Shown: positions 55,431 through 64,000 of the stretch, one piece after another
How positions within the stretch are numbered: the first letter of the stretch is position 1
How the letters are laid out: each line of letters begins with the position of its first letter
Assembly: GCA_947381905.1 (NCBI GenBank)
Contig: CANCXL010000003.1
Span: forward strand, 4,138-68,137
DNA: 64,000 nt
Origin: an uncultured Clostridiaceae bacterium
Lineage (GTDB): Bacteria > Bacillota > Clostridia > TANB77 > CAG-465
Direction of reading: 5' to 3'
Notes under the pieces: generated by a model
Seen by the model: only the letters and a program-made list of their open reading frames with translations
Told to the model about the DNA's origin: nothing
The model's database searches: none
Translations under genes and position numbers: made by a program

Positions 55431-56244
55431 ATGAATAAGATTAATAATCTAAAAAAAGACATTTTTAAAGAGGAACTTATTAAAATTGAATTTTCACTTG
55501 GAAATGAGCATAAGAACAATATTCTTTTAGCAGAGGAATTAACAGAGATAGCACGGATATGAATATGTTAGATTAGAACCATATGAGCTTAGAAAAACAT
55601 TACTAGATAATAAATCGTTGCAAACAAGTAATGATTACTTAGAAGATACAAAGCAAAAAGGAAAGAAATTAGATGCCTTTAGATGTCAAAATCACGAAAT
55701 AATATTTTCAAACTATTTTGTAATTATTCACACAATAAACAAAAATAAACATTTGGTAGGATTTGAAAAAGCACTAGAGTATATAATTGATTCTATAATT
55801 AAATGTGATTATACAAGAATAATATCATTAAGCTTTGACGTAGCAATGATAGACTATATAAAAAGAATATATGATATAGAAAAACGCTATAAAAATTTAA
55901 AGGTTAATGCTAAAGTTGAGGAAGAATATAACGTTGAGAAGAAATCATATAAATCATATATGCAAAAAGATCCAACAGTAGAACATTATATGTCTTCACA
56001 CATAACTAGCTATTTTAATGAAAGATATCCAAGCTATATTATAGAAGAAAATTTTTCAACAGCTGAATATTATAATGAAAATATTGGAAGAACCAAGATA
56101 AATATTTCTACGTATTTAGTAAATACAGGATACAATATCCTTACTAAAGATTATATTAAAGAGGCTATTGAAAAGCTAAAAAATACACAGTTTGAATTAT
56201 TATTAAGTTTATTTACCGACGAATACAAATCAGAATTATTATAA
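55431..56244 (+). pseudogene. Hypothetical gene apparently interrupted by a 1-nt frameshift
   Basis: A strong SD sequence (AAAGGAGG) and ATG 55431 open a 43-aa ORF ending at 55562. The second frame is open from 55552 and continues into the 208-aa ORF (TTG 55618, no SD sequence). Loss of one G at 55555-55556 would give one protein of about 270 aa. Confidence 0.4.
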
Positions 56245-56247
56245 ACA

Positions 56248-56280
56248 AAGCTACACTTCATTTGAAGTGTAGCTTATATT
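56248..56280 (+). terminator. Intrinsic terminator
   Basis: A 12-bp stem, AAGCTACACTTC/GAAGTGTAGCTT. The T-tract is weak. Confidence 0.55.
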
Positions 56281-56312
56281 ATATGTTATAACATTTTGTA
56301 AAAAGTAGCATC

Positions 56313-56343
56313 AAAAAAGGCAAGAGTGGTATCTTGCCTTTTT
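56313..56343. terminator. Second, bidirectional-looking terminator
   Basis: A6-GGCAAGA-6 nt-TCTTGCC-T5. Confidence 0.55.
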
Positions 56344-56410
56344 GAGTTTTACTATAAAATCATATAAGGTTTTATGCGTTTTAGAAAAAATTTAATTAAA
56401 TGAATTTTCG

Positions 56411-56439
56411 TTTACAAATAGCGAAAAAAATAGTATAAT
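56411..56439 (+). promoter_or_regulatory. sigmaA-type promoter of polC (TTTACA-17 nt-TATAAT)
   Basis: Hexamers at 56411-56416 and 56434-56439. Confidence 0.5.
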
Positions 56440-56465
56440 GAGGAAAGAAAAAAGGAGGAATTATT

Positions 56466-59400
56466 TTGGACAAAATAGTAAAAGAAGTATTTAAAGATTG
56501 TGCAAGCGATAAGAACCTGTTTAATTTAGCATCAATTAAAGAAGTAAAATTTTCAAAAAAATTAAATGCAGCAATAATAGATTCATATAGTCAAGAAAAT
56601 ATTCCTCAATCAGATATAGAAGAATTTGAAAGACTTGCTAAAAATAGGTATGAACTTTCAAGTTTTAAAATTAATTATAGTTATACAGGTGAAAAGAAAG
56701 ATATTGAGCTTCAAAATGTATATGATATTATAAGAAATGTAAATAAAAAATATGAATACACACAAGAACTTCTTGAAAACTGTAAGATAGATATAGATAA
56801 TGATGAGCATATATTAAATATAGAACTCGAAAAACCATATTCTAATTTTTTGTATATTAAGCGCTTAGATGAGTATATGAAAAAGAGTATAGATAATCAA
56901 TTTGGAGAAGGATATAGGGTATTATTTAAAGATTCTAAAGAGGCTAAAATGAGTTATTCTAATGATTCAACTGCAAATATGATAAAATTAGAAGATTTAG
57001 CATCTGCATTTGCAGAAAGTAGTAGTCCTATTGCAAATAATGTGCCAAAGGTTAATGCTCCACAAGAAAAGCCAAAATTTGTACCAAGAACTCCACTTAC
57101 AGAAGAAGAGAAAAAAGAAAGAGAACTTGCAAAAGAACCACAACCTGAAAATGTATTGTTTGGAATTAATATTATTGATCCTACGATTACAAAAGTAGAG
57201 GATATTTTGCCAAGTGGTGATAGAGTATGTATTAGTGGACAAATAATTGGTAAAGAGGAGCGAGAACTTAAAAGTGGTAAAATTCTTCTTACAATTAATG
57301 TAACAGATAAAACAAGTACAATATCTTGTAAAATGTTTTTAGATAAGCAAAAATATGAAGAAATAAATGGAAAGCTAAAAGAGGGAACATATGTAATTCT
57401 TCAAGGTAGAGCTCAGATGGATTCTTATTCTAATGAAACAACAATAATGGTAAACAATATCTGTAAAGGAGAAAAACCACCTGAAAGACAAGATAATGCA
57501 GAAAAGAAAAGAGTAGAACTTCACCTTCACACACAGATGAGTGCAATGGATGCGGTGACTTCTGCAACAGATCTTGTAAAACAAGCAATTAAATGGGGGC
57601 ATCCGGCAGTAGCAATTACTGACCATGGAGTTGTTCAGTCTTTCCCAGAAGCAAATCATGTTATTGTAGATAATTATGCAGGACTTGTAAAAAAAGAGAG
57701 TGGATATCCCACAACTCAAGAGATATTAGATGCAGCTCCTATTAAGGTTATATATGGAGTAGAAGGATATTTAGCAGTAGATGTAGAACCTGTTATTCCG
57801 GAATTTGATACATATTGTGTATTTGACCTTGAAACTACTGGATTTGATCCTGAAAAAGAAGAGATCACTGAGGTAGCTGTATGTAAAGTAAGAAATGGTG
57901 AGATAATAGACGAATATACTACATTTGTAAATCCAGAAAAACCTATTCCATTTAACGTACAAGAGCTAACACATATAACAGATGAGATGGTAGCAGATGC
58001 ACCTAAAATTGATCAAATGATACCAGAATTTTTAGAGTTTACAAAAGGTTGTGTATTAGTTGCACATAATGCACATTTTGATACTAGATTTATTGCAAAT
58101 AAAGCTGAGAAATTAGGACTTGAATTTAAACCATATGTAATAGATACATTAGAAATGGCAAGGGAACTATATAATGCTGTTGAAAACTATAAGCTAGGTA
58201 CAATAGTAGAATATCTAGGAATAGAACTTGAAGGTGCGCATAGGGCAATAAATGATACTCGTGCTACAGCTAAAATGTTTATTAAGATGAGAGAAGCCTG
58301 TGATAAGGAAAAGATAAAAATAAATGATTACATATTTACAAATTATCAAGAAGAATCTAAAAAGATATCACCAAATCATATTATTATTCTTGCTAAAAAC
58401 TATGTGGGACTTAAAAATTTATATAAGTTAGTATCATTTTCTCATGTATGGAATTTTAATAAAAAACCTAAAATTTCTAGATCTATGTTGAAAAGATATA
58501 GAGAAGGACTAATTATTGGTTCTGCGTGTGAACAAGGTGAATTATACCAAGAGATTTTAGATTATACTGTTGGTAGAAATGATGGTTCAAATATAGATGA
58601 AATTGCTAAATTCTATGATTATTTAGAAATACAACCTTTGGGTAATAATGAATTTTATGAAAGAGTTGGAAAGAAAATAAAAAAAGGAAGTAAGAAATCT
58701 AAAGATGAAGAGGCAGAATATATTAAGTTAACACATGAACAAGTAATACAAATAAATAAAGATATTGTTGAATTAGGAGAAAGACTTGGTCTTCCAGTTG
58801 TTGGAACTTGTGATGTACATTTTATGAATCCAGAAGATGAAATATATAGAAGAGTAATACAGGCAGGGCAAGGATTTGATGATGCAGATTTACAAGCTCC
58901 ATTATATTTTAGAACAACCGATGAGATGCTTAAAGAATTTGAATATTTAGGTGAAGAAAAAGCTTATGAAGTTGTTGTTACGAATACTAATTTAGTAAAT
59001 GATTGGATAGATAGAGTGTGTCCTATATCAGATGAAAAATGTCCACCTCATATAGATGGCTGTGAGCAAGATATAAGAAATATAGCATATGATAAAGCGC
59101 ATAAATTATATGGAGAGGATTTACCTTCGATAGTAGAAGAGAGACTTGAAAAAGAATTAAATTCAATAATATCAAATGGATATTCTGTAATGTATATTAT
59201 TGCACAACGTCTTGTATGGGATTCAAATGATCATGGATATATAGTTGGTTCTAGAGGATCTGTTGGTTCATCTCTTGCTGCATATATGACAGGTATTACA
59301 GAAGTTAATTCTCTTAAGGCACATTATAGATGCCCAAATTGTAAATATTCAGATTTTTCAGATAATGGATGTCAAAATGGATTTGATCTTCCAGACAAAA

Positions 59401-60941
59401 ACTGTCCAAACTGTGGAGAGCCTCTTGAAAAAGATGGAATGGACATTCCATTTGAGACATTTTTAGGATTTAAAGGAGATAAAGAACCAGATATAGATTT
59501 AAACTTTTCTGGTGAATATCAGGCAAAAGCTCACAAATATACAGAGGTAATCTTTGGTACTGGTACAACATATAAGGCAGGAACAATAGGTACTGTAGCA
59601 GATAAAACAGCATTTGGATTTGTAAAAAACTATTATGAAGAAAGAGGCATTAGCAAACCTATTGCAGAAATAGATAGAATTGCTAAAGGATGTACAGGAA
59701 TAAAAAGAACATCTGGACAGCACCCAGGTGGAATTATAGTTGTTCCTAAAGGAAGAACTATATATGAATTTTGTCCTGTACAACATCCAGCAGACGATCC
59801 TGGTTCTAATATTGTTACTACTCACTTTGATTATCACTCAATAGATAAAAACTTATTAAAACTTGATATATTAGGCCATGATGATCCTACAGTTATTCGT
59901 ATGCTACAAGATTTAACAGGAATTGATCCTACAAAAATACCACTTGATGATAAAGACACAATGTCAATATTTAGATCTACAGATGCTTTAGGCGTAACAC
60001 CAGAGCAGATAAAATCTGAGGTTGGAACATATGGTGTTCCAGAATATGGAACTAAATTTGTTAGAGGAATGCTTGTAGATACAAAGCCTACTACTTTTGA
60101 TGAGTTAATTAGAATTTCTGGACTTTCTCATGGAACTGATGTGTGGTTAAATAATGCACAAGAGTTAGTTGCAAATGGAACAGTTACTCTTCAAGAGGCT
60201 ATATGTTGCCGTGATGATATAATGAATTATCTTATTGCAAAAGGACTACCACCAGATAAAGCATTTAAAATAATGGAGTCAGTACGTAAAGGTAAAGTTG
60301 CCAAAGGAAAAGAACCAAAATGGAAGGATGAATATGTACCTTTAATGAAAGAAAATAATGTGCCAGATTGGTACATAGATTCTTGCGAGAAGATAAAATA
60401 CATGTTCCCTAAGGCTCATGCTGCAGCGTATGTAACAAATGCATTTAGAATAGCTTGGTTTAAGGTGCACATTCCAAAAGCATATTATTCAGCATTCATG
60501 TCAATTAGAGCTGATGAATTTGATAGTGATTCGATGCTTTATGGTAAAGAAAGAGTACTTGCAAAAATGGAAGAAATTGATAGACAAGGAAATGCAGCAG
60601 CACCTAAAGATAAGAATATGTATCCTATTTTAGAACTTGTGCTTGAGATGAATCAAAGAGGAATTAATTTTTTACCAGTTGATTTGTATAAATCAGATGT
60701 AAATAAGTTTCATGTTGAAAAAGATGGAATAAGACCACCATTTTCTGCTCTTACAGGTTTTGGAGAAGTTGATGCAGGAAAATTAGTTGAGGCAAGAGAA
60801 AAATATAAAACATTCTCTTCGATAGAAGATATGACAATAAAAGCTAAACTTGGAAAAGCTGCAGTTGAGACATTAAGAATTTCAGGTTGTCTTGATGGCA
60901 TGCCAAGGTCAGAACAAATGGATATGTTTGATTTGTTATAA
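56466..60941 (+). CDS. polC: DNA polymerase III PolC-type (alpha subunit with an intrinsic 3'-5' exonuclease)
   Basis: A 1491-aa protein. The PHP region contains VELHLHTQMSAMD, the exonuclease motifs are VFDLETTGF and HNAHFDTRF, and a zinc module has CPNCKY..CPNCG. TTG start follows AAAGGAGG. Confidence 0.95.
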   Translation: MDKIVKEVFKDCASDKNLFNLASIKEVKFSKKLNAAIIDSYSQENIPQSDIEEFERLAKNRYELSSFKINYSYTGEKKDIELQNVYDIIRNVNKKYEYTQELLENCKIDIDNDEHILNIELEKPYSNFLYIKRLDEYMKKSIDNQFGEGYRVLFKDSKEAKMSYSNDSTANMIKLEDLASAFAESSSPIANNVPKVNAPQEKPKFVPRTPLTEEEKKERELAKEPQPENVLFGINIIDPTITKVEDILPSGDRVCISGQIIGKEERELKSGKILLTINVTDKTSTISCKMFLDKQKYEEINGKLKEGTYVILQGRAQMDSYSNETTIMVNNICKGEKPPERQDNAEKKRVELHLHTQMSAMDAVTSATDLVKQAIKWGHPAVAITDHGVVQSFPEANHVIVDNYAGLVKKESGYPTTQEILDAAPIKVIYGVEGYLAVDVEPVIPEFDTYCVFDLETTGFDPEKEEITEVAVCKVRNGEIIDEYTTFVNPEKPIPFNVQELTHITDEMVADAPKIDQMIPEFLEFTKGCVLVAHNAHFDTRFIANKAEKLGLEFKPYVIDTLEMARELYNAVENYKLGTIVEYLGIELEGAHRAINDTRATAKMFIKMREACDKEKIKINDYIFTNYQEESKKISPNHIIILAKNYVGLKNLYKLVSFSHVWNFNKKPKISRSMLKRYREGLIIGSACEQGELYQEILDYTVGRNDGSNIDEIAKFYDYLEIQPLGNNEFYERVGKKIKKGSKKSKDEEAEYIKLTHEQVIQINKDIVELGERLGLPVVGTCDVHFMNPEDEIYRRVIQAGQGFDDADLQAPLYFRTTDEMLKEFEYLGEEKAYEVVVTNTNLVNDWIDRVCPISDEKCPPHIDGCEQDIRNIAYDKAHKLYGEDLPSIVEERLEKELNSIISNGYSVMYIIAQRLVWDSNDHGYIVGSRGSVGSSLAAYMTGITEVNSLKAHYRCPNCKYSDFSDNGCQNGFDLPDKNCPNCGEPLEKDGMDIPFETFLGFKGDKEPDIDLNFSGEYQAKAHKYTEVIFGTGTTYKAGTIGTVADKTAFGFVKNYYEERGISKPIAEIDRIAKGCTGIKRTSGQHPGGIIVVPKGRTIYEFCPVQHPADDPGSNIVTTHFDYHSIDKNLLKLDILGHDDPTVIRMLQDLTGIDPTKIPLDDKDTMSIFRSTDALGVTPEQIKSEVGTYGVPEYGTKFVRGMLVDTKPTTFDELIRISGLSHGTDVWLNNAQELVANGTVTLQEAICCRDDIMNYLIAKGLPPDKAFKIMESVRKGKVAKGKEPKWKDEYVPLMKENNVPDWYIDSCEKIKYMFPKAHAAAYVTNAFRIAWFKVHIPKAYYSAFMSIRADEFDSDSMLYGKERVLAKMEEIDRQGNAAAPKDKNMYPILELVLEMNQRGINFLPVDLYKSDVNKFHVEKDGIRPPFSALTGFGEVDAGKLVEAREKYKTFSSIEDMTIKAKLGKAAVETLRISGCLDGMPRSEQMDMFDLL

Positions 60942-61006
60942 TTTGTCTTTTTACTTGATTATTATTAATATCTCAGTTATAATATAAGTATAAAGGGGTG
61001 ATTACT

Positions 61007-61348
61007 ATGGAATTAGACTTAACAGGACTAAGAATTGATGTAACAGATGCTATAAGAAGTTTTACAGAAAAGAAAATTCAAAAACTTAATAAGTATTTTG
61101 ATGAAGGCACAATTTGTCATGTAACTTTTACAGACAAATCTAAAGGAAAACACCGTGTAGATATTAGAATAGAATATAAATCACACACTTATTTAGCAGA
61201 AGATAATACTGATGATCTATATTCTGGAATTGAATCTTTAGTTAGCAAGATTGAAGGTCAAATCAGAAGAGAAAGAACTAATGATCAAAAGAAAAGAAGA
61301 ACTGGTATTCCAGAAGAAGAAGTTCCTCAAGAAGAAACAGAGGAATAA
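61007..61348 (+). CDS. hpf: Ribosome hibernation factor of the short HPF/RaiA type (113 aa) with an acidic tail
   Basis: Contains MELDLTGLRIDVTDAIRSFTEKKIQKLNKYF and ends ..RRTGIPEEEVPQEETEE. It has its own terminator. Confidence 0.75.
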   Translation: MELDLTGLRIDVTDAIRSFTEKKIQKLNKYFDEGTICHVTFTDKSKGKHRVDIRIEYKSHTYLAEDNTDDLYSGIESLVSKIEGQIRRERTNDQKKRRTGIPEEEVPQEETEE

Positions 61349-61358
61349 AGATATAAGG

Positions 61359-61383
61359 AGAGCTACTTTTGTAGCTCTTTTTC
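61359..61383 (+). terminator. Intrinsic terminator after hpf
   Basis: Stem AGAGCTAC / GTAGCTCT followed by a T-run. Confidence 0.7.
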
Positions 61384-61397
61384 TATGTTTGATAAAG

Positions 61398-61426
61398 TTG
61401 ACATAACCTTAAAAGCATGGTATAAT
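61398..61426 (+). promoter_or_regulatory. Consensus sigmaA promoter (TTGACA-17 nt-TATAAT with a TGG extension)
   Basis: Hexamers at 61398-61403 and 61421-61426. Confidence 0.6.
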
Positions 61427-61507
61427 TATATTGTGGTAGAATTTTTTTATGTGCTGAAATTATAAGCACAAGATACTCAGAAAAAAAAGAATAAAAAGGA
61501 GGAAATT

Positions 61508-62182
61508 ATGAAAATAATTCAAAAGATAGGTATAGTAGCCGTTATGGTATTTTTTATGGGAGGTATAATTTACAATAGCTTTTTTGTAAGCAATAAGCAA
61601 GATGAATCTTATGCTAGTCTAAAGGAAAAATACAATATTAATACTACTACAAAAGTGGATACAGAAGAACCAGTCATTACAGAAGCTAAGGAGCCAGAGC
61701 AAAAAGCAGACATTAAAAAAGATAATGTAGCTTCTGAGTCAAAACAAGAAAATAGAACTAGAGAAAATATTATCTGGGACTATTTAAAATCTGCTGGATA
61801 TACAGATATCCAAACAGCAGCAATTATTGGTAATCTTTATCAAGAATCAGGATTAAATCCTGAAAGGGTAGAGTATAAAACCAAAGAAGGTATTGGTCTT
61901 GTTCAATGGTCTTTTGGAAGAAAGCAAAAACTTATAGATTATGCTTCATCAAAAGGTGTTAATTGGACAGATTTAAATGCTCAATTAGAATTTTTAGTTA
62001 AAGAACTAAAAAGTTCAGAGTTCTACCAACCATACAAAGGTACATTTAATAATCCATACAGCATTAATGAGGCAACTGAGGCCTATTGTTGGGGATTTGA
62101 AAGACCTAATGCTAAACACGCAAACTTACAATACAGAAAAGATATGGCATGGGCTGCATATTATAGAAACGTAGATAGATAA
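61508..62182 (+). CDS. Membrane-anchored peptidoglycan hydrolase with a phage-tail-lysozyme-like domain
   Basis: An N-terminal anchor, then IQTAAIIGNLYQESGLNPERVE..GIGLVQWSFGRK. Confidence 0.55.
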   Translation: MKIIQKIGIVAVMVFFMGGIIYNSFFVSNKQDESYASLKEKYNINTTTKVDTEEPVITEAKEPEQKADIKKDNVASESKQENRTRENIIWDYLKSAGYTDIQTAAIIGNLYQESGLNPERVEYKTKEGIGLVQWSFGRKQKLIDYASSKGVNWTDLNAQLEFLVKELKSSEFYQPYKGTFNNPYSINEATEAYCWGFERPNAKHANLQYRKDMAWAAYYRNVDR

Positions 62183-62218
62183 TTATCTGCGTTTTTAATT
62201 TTGTCAATTTTCATTGTG

Positions 62219-62247
62219 TTTACATAATTAAATAAATGTGATATAAT
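62219..62247 (+). promoter_or_regulatory. sigmaA-type promoter (TTTACA-17 nt-TATAAT with a TGn extension)
   Basis: Hexamers at 62219-62224 and 62242-62247. This leaves a leader of about 120 nt. Confidence 0.5.
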
Positions 62248-62371
62248 TATAATAGAGTAATGTTTTTAAAATACTCATCTTAATAGTGGGTATTAGATTA
62301 CCCCTATTAGTTTTAGTAAACTTATATATAAACTATTACTTAAGAAAAAAGATAAGAAAGGGTTGATGTAA

Positions 62372-63055
62372 ATGAAACGTCAAAATAATACTAGGGGTAA
62401 AAGAAAGAAAAAAGTTAGCGTGGTTAAAAAAATTAAAGCACTTGTTATTATTACATTTATTATAGCTATTGGTGGAGGATTTGCATTAAATAGTAAATTT
62501 GTTACTTCAAGTAACAATGAAACATATTCTAAATTATTAGAAAAATATTCTATTGAAAGTCCTACCAAAACAGATGCTATAGATCCATCTAATAATTCAG
62601 ACAAGAGATTATATTTAAATAAAGAGTTGGATTTAAGAACACCATCAAATGTGACTATTGAAGAAATGGATAAGATGCTTGAAGGAACTGGACTTGCTGG
62701 TCTTGGAAAAGCTTTTGTAGAAGCAGAGCAAAAATATGGTGTAAATGCTATATATCTTATGGGACTTGCAGCAGAAGAAAGTGGATATGGTACATCAGCA
62801 TTTGCAAAGCTTAGAAATAATTTGATGGGATGGTGTGCATATGATAGTGATCCAAATAAGGCTATGTATTTTGAAAGTAAGGAAGCTTGTATATTACATG
62901 TTGCATCAAAGTTAAAAGCAAATTATCTAACTGAAGGGGGAGCATATTTTGAAGGATATACTGTAAAAGCTATAGATGTACATTATGCATCAGATAAATT
63001 ACATGGTGAAAAAATAATAGATTGCGCTAACAATTTATTAAAGAAACTAGGATAA
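62372..63055 (+). CDS. Membrane-anchored N-acetylglucosaminidase-family (LytD/FlgJ-type) peptidoglycan hydrolase
   Basis: Contains KYGVNAIYLMGLAAEESGYGTSAFAKLRNNLMGW. Confidence 0.7.
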   Translation: MKRQNNTRGKRKKKVSVVKKIKALVIITFIIAIGGGFALNSKFVTSSNNETYSKLLEKYSIESPTKTDAIDPSNNSDKRLYLNKELDLRTPSNVTIEEMDKMLEGTGLAGLGKAFVEAEQKYGVNAIYLMGLAAEESGYGTSAFAKLRNNLMGWCAYDSDPNKAMYFESKEACILHVASKLKANYLTEGGAYFEGYTVKAIDVHYASDKLHGEKIIDCANNLLKKLG

Positions 63056-63089
63056 TATATTCCTGGTTTTTTCTTTTTTTATATATGTG

Positions 63090-63118
63090 TTGACATAATA
63101 ATAAAATTGTGTTAAAAT
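63090..63118 (+). promoter_or_regulatory. sigmaA-type promoter (TTGACA-17 nt-TAAAAT)
   Basis: Hexamers at 63090-63095 and 63113-63118. Confidence 0.55.
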
Positions 63119-63186
63119 AGAAACATGACATGAGAGTGTGTATAAGTATTTAATACGAGCTACACAACCTTGTAAAAGGTACACTT

Positions 63187-63246
63187 AAGATATTTTCATA
63201 AAAGGAGTCTCATTTTGAGATCTTTTTATGAGAATATCTTTTTTTA
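63187..63246 (+). terminator. Long leader terminator hairpin between the promoter and the ABC gene (candidate attenuator)
   Basis: 17-nt arms AAGATATTTTCATAAAA / TTTTATGAGAATATCTT (16 of 17 paired) enclose an inner TCTCA/TGAGA stem and are followed by T5. Confidence 0.6.
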
Positions 63247-63303
63247 TACCCAAATAAATATTTGGCAGGTATTCTCTAAAATAATTTAAGGAGGAATAGG
63301 AAA

Positions 63304-64000
63304 ATGCAAATATGTGTAAAAGATTTAAAAAAATCATTTGAAGTTAAAGGCGGAGGGTTACTAAAGAAAAAGTCTAAATTAGAAATTAAAGCAGTTGAAA
63401 ATGTCTCTTTTGAAGTAGAAAAAGGCGAGATAGTAGCATTTATTGGACCTAATGGTGCGGGAAAGAGCACAACTATTAAAATGCTTACAGGTATAATACA
63501 ACCAACATGTGGTAGTATTTCTGTTGCAGGATTTAATCCTTCAGTAGATAGAAAAAAGCTTGCGTATAGTATAGGTTGTATGTTTGGACAAAAATCACAA
63601 CTATATATGCATCTTACTGTTAGAGACTCATATAAGCTATTGTGCAGTATTTATGATATGAATAAACAAGAAGCTGAAGAAAAGATAGAGGAGATATCTA
63701 ACTTATTTAAAATTAATGAATTATTAGATAAAACTGTTAGAAAATTATCTTTAGGACAAAGAATGATTTGTGAGATTGCTGGAAGTATACTTCATGATCC
63801 TGAAATAATATTTTTAGATGAGCCAACTATTGGTTTAGATATTTTTGCTAAAACTAGGATTAGAGAAATAATTAAAAAAATGAATAAGGAAAAAGGCACA
63901 ACTATTTTTCTAACAAGTCATGATTTAGGTGATGTAGAGGCTTTATGCGATAGAATTATAATAATTAATAATGGAACTATAGTAACTGATGAGTCTATAG
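63304..64000 (+). CDS. ABC transporter ATP-binding protein (ABC-2/DrrA-like), 3' end outside the window
   Basis: ATG 63304 follows AAGGAGG. Contains GPNGAGKSTTIKML, LSLGQRM and IIFLDEPTIGLD. The frame is open to the window end. Confidence 0.85.
   Translation, partial: MQICVKDLKKSFEVKGGGLLKKKSKLEIKAVENVSFEVEKGEIVAFIGPNGAGKSTTIKMLTGIIQPTCGSISVAGFNPSVDRKKLAYSIGCMFGQKSQLYMHLTVRDSYKLLCSIYDMNKQEAEEKIEEISNLFKINELLDKTVRKLSLGQRMICEIAGSILHDPEIIFLDEPTIGLDIFAKTRIREIIKKMNKEKGTTIFLTSHDLGDVEALCDRIIIINNGTIVTDESI

Noticed and set aside
63119-63250. Tiny leader peptides in the ABC leader: MRVCISI at about 63131 and MRISFFIPK at 63228.
   Set aside because: Neither has an SD sequence at a functional distance. 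The second ATG is buried in the right arm of the terminator stem. I do not report them as genes.
1-64000. A search by eye for rRNA genes, tRNA genes, CRISPR arrays, IS elements and prophage integrases.
   Set aside because: All intergenic regions are short (under 350 nt) and are accounted for by promoters and terminators. I saw no repeat-spacer periodicity and no cloverleaf-sized GC-rich islands. No product resembles a transposase or recombinase.

Overview
The window is an AT-rich, low-GC chromosomal segment from an endospore-forming Firmicute of the class Clostridia. This assignment rests on spo0A, an alpha/beta-type SASP gene, yqfC/yqfD, spoIID, a spoIIQ-like gene and spoIIID. Nearly all real genes are on the + strand. 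Most minus-strand ORFs in the supplied track are antisense artefacts inside + strand genes.

Core content, in order:
- The distal spc ribosomal-protein operon: rplE (partial), rpsN, rpsH, rplF, rplR, rpsE, rplO and secY. It is followed unexpectedly by a HelD-like helicase.
- spo0A.
- gdpP-rplI-dnaB-tilS-ftsH.
- rpsB-tsf-pyrH.
- secDF.
- A yqfC-yqfD-ybeY-dgkA-cdd block.
- A MacB/FtsX-type ABC transporter.
- A PBP5-type D-Ala-D-Ala carboxypeptidase.
- spoIID, a spoIIQ-like gene, spoIIID and mreB.
- polC.
- A short hpf.
- Two peptidoglycan hydrolases.
- A partial ABC ATPase at the right edge.

I saw no rRNA, tRNA, CRISPR array, transposase or integrase.

The standout is a tightly packed, same-strand operon of 14 genes and about 16.5 kb (35511-52006), lying between the carboxypeptidase gene and spoIID. 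Its products are:
- a CpaB/SAF-like protein;
- two ParA/MinD-fold proteins with ruined Walker A boxes;
- a CpaF/TadA-family ATPase that carries an N-terminal membrane anchor;
- a single polypeptide with two T2SSF-like (TadB/TadC) repeats;
- four paralogous pilin-sized proteins sharing an unusual N-terminal motif, [KRE]-A-I-[MY]-[IL]-G-V, followed by a hydrophobic helix;
- two paralogous pseudopilin-like proteins, one fused to a LamG lectin domain;
- three large membrane or secreted proteins.

No prepilin peptidase is encoded in the window. I read this operon as a highly divergent Tad/type-IV-filament-like system with archaeal-looking pilin signal sequences. I cannot establish novelty without database searches.

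Secondary observations are three apparent 1-nt frameshifts in small accessory genes, a promoter-leader-terminator arrangement upstream of the last ABC gene, repeated short motifs near spo0A, and several truncated conserved gene neighbourhoods.
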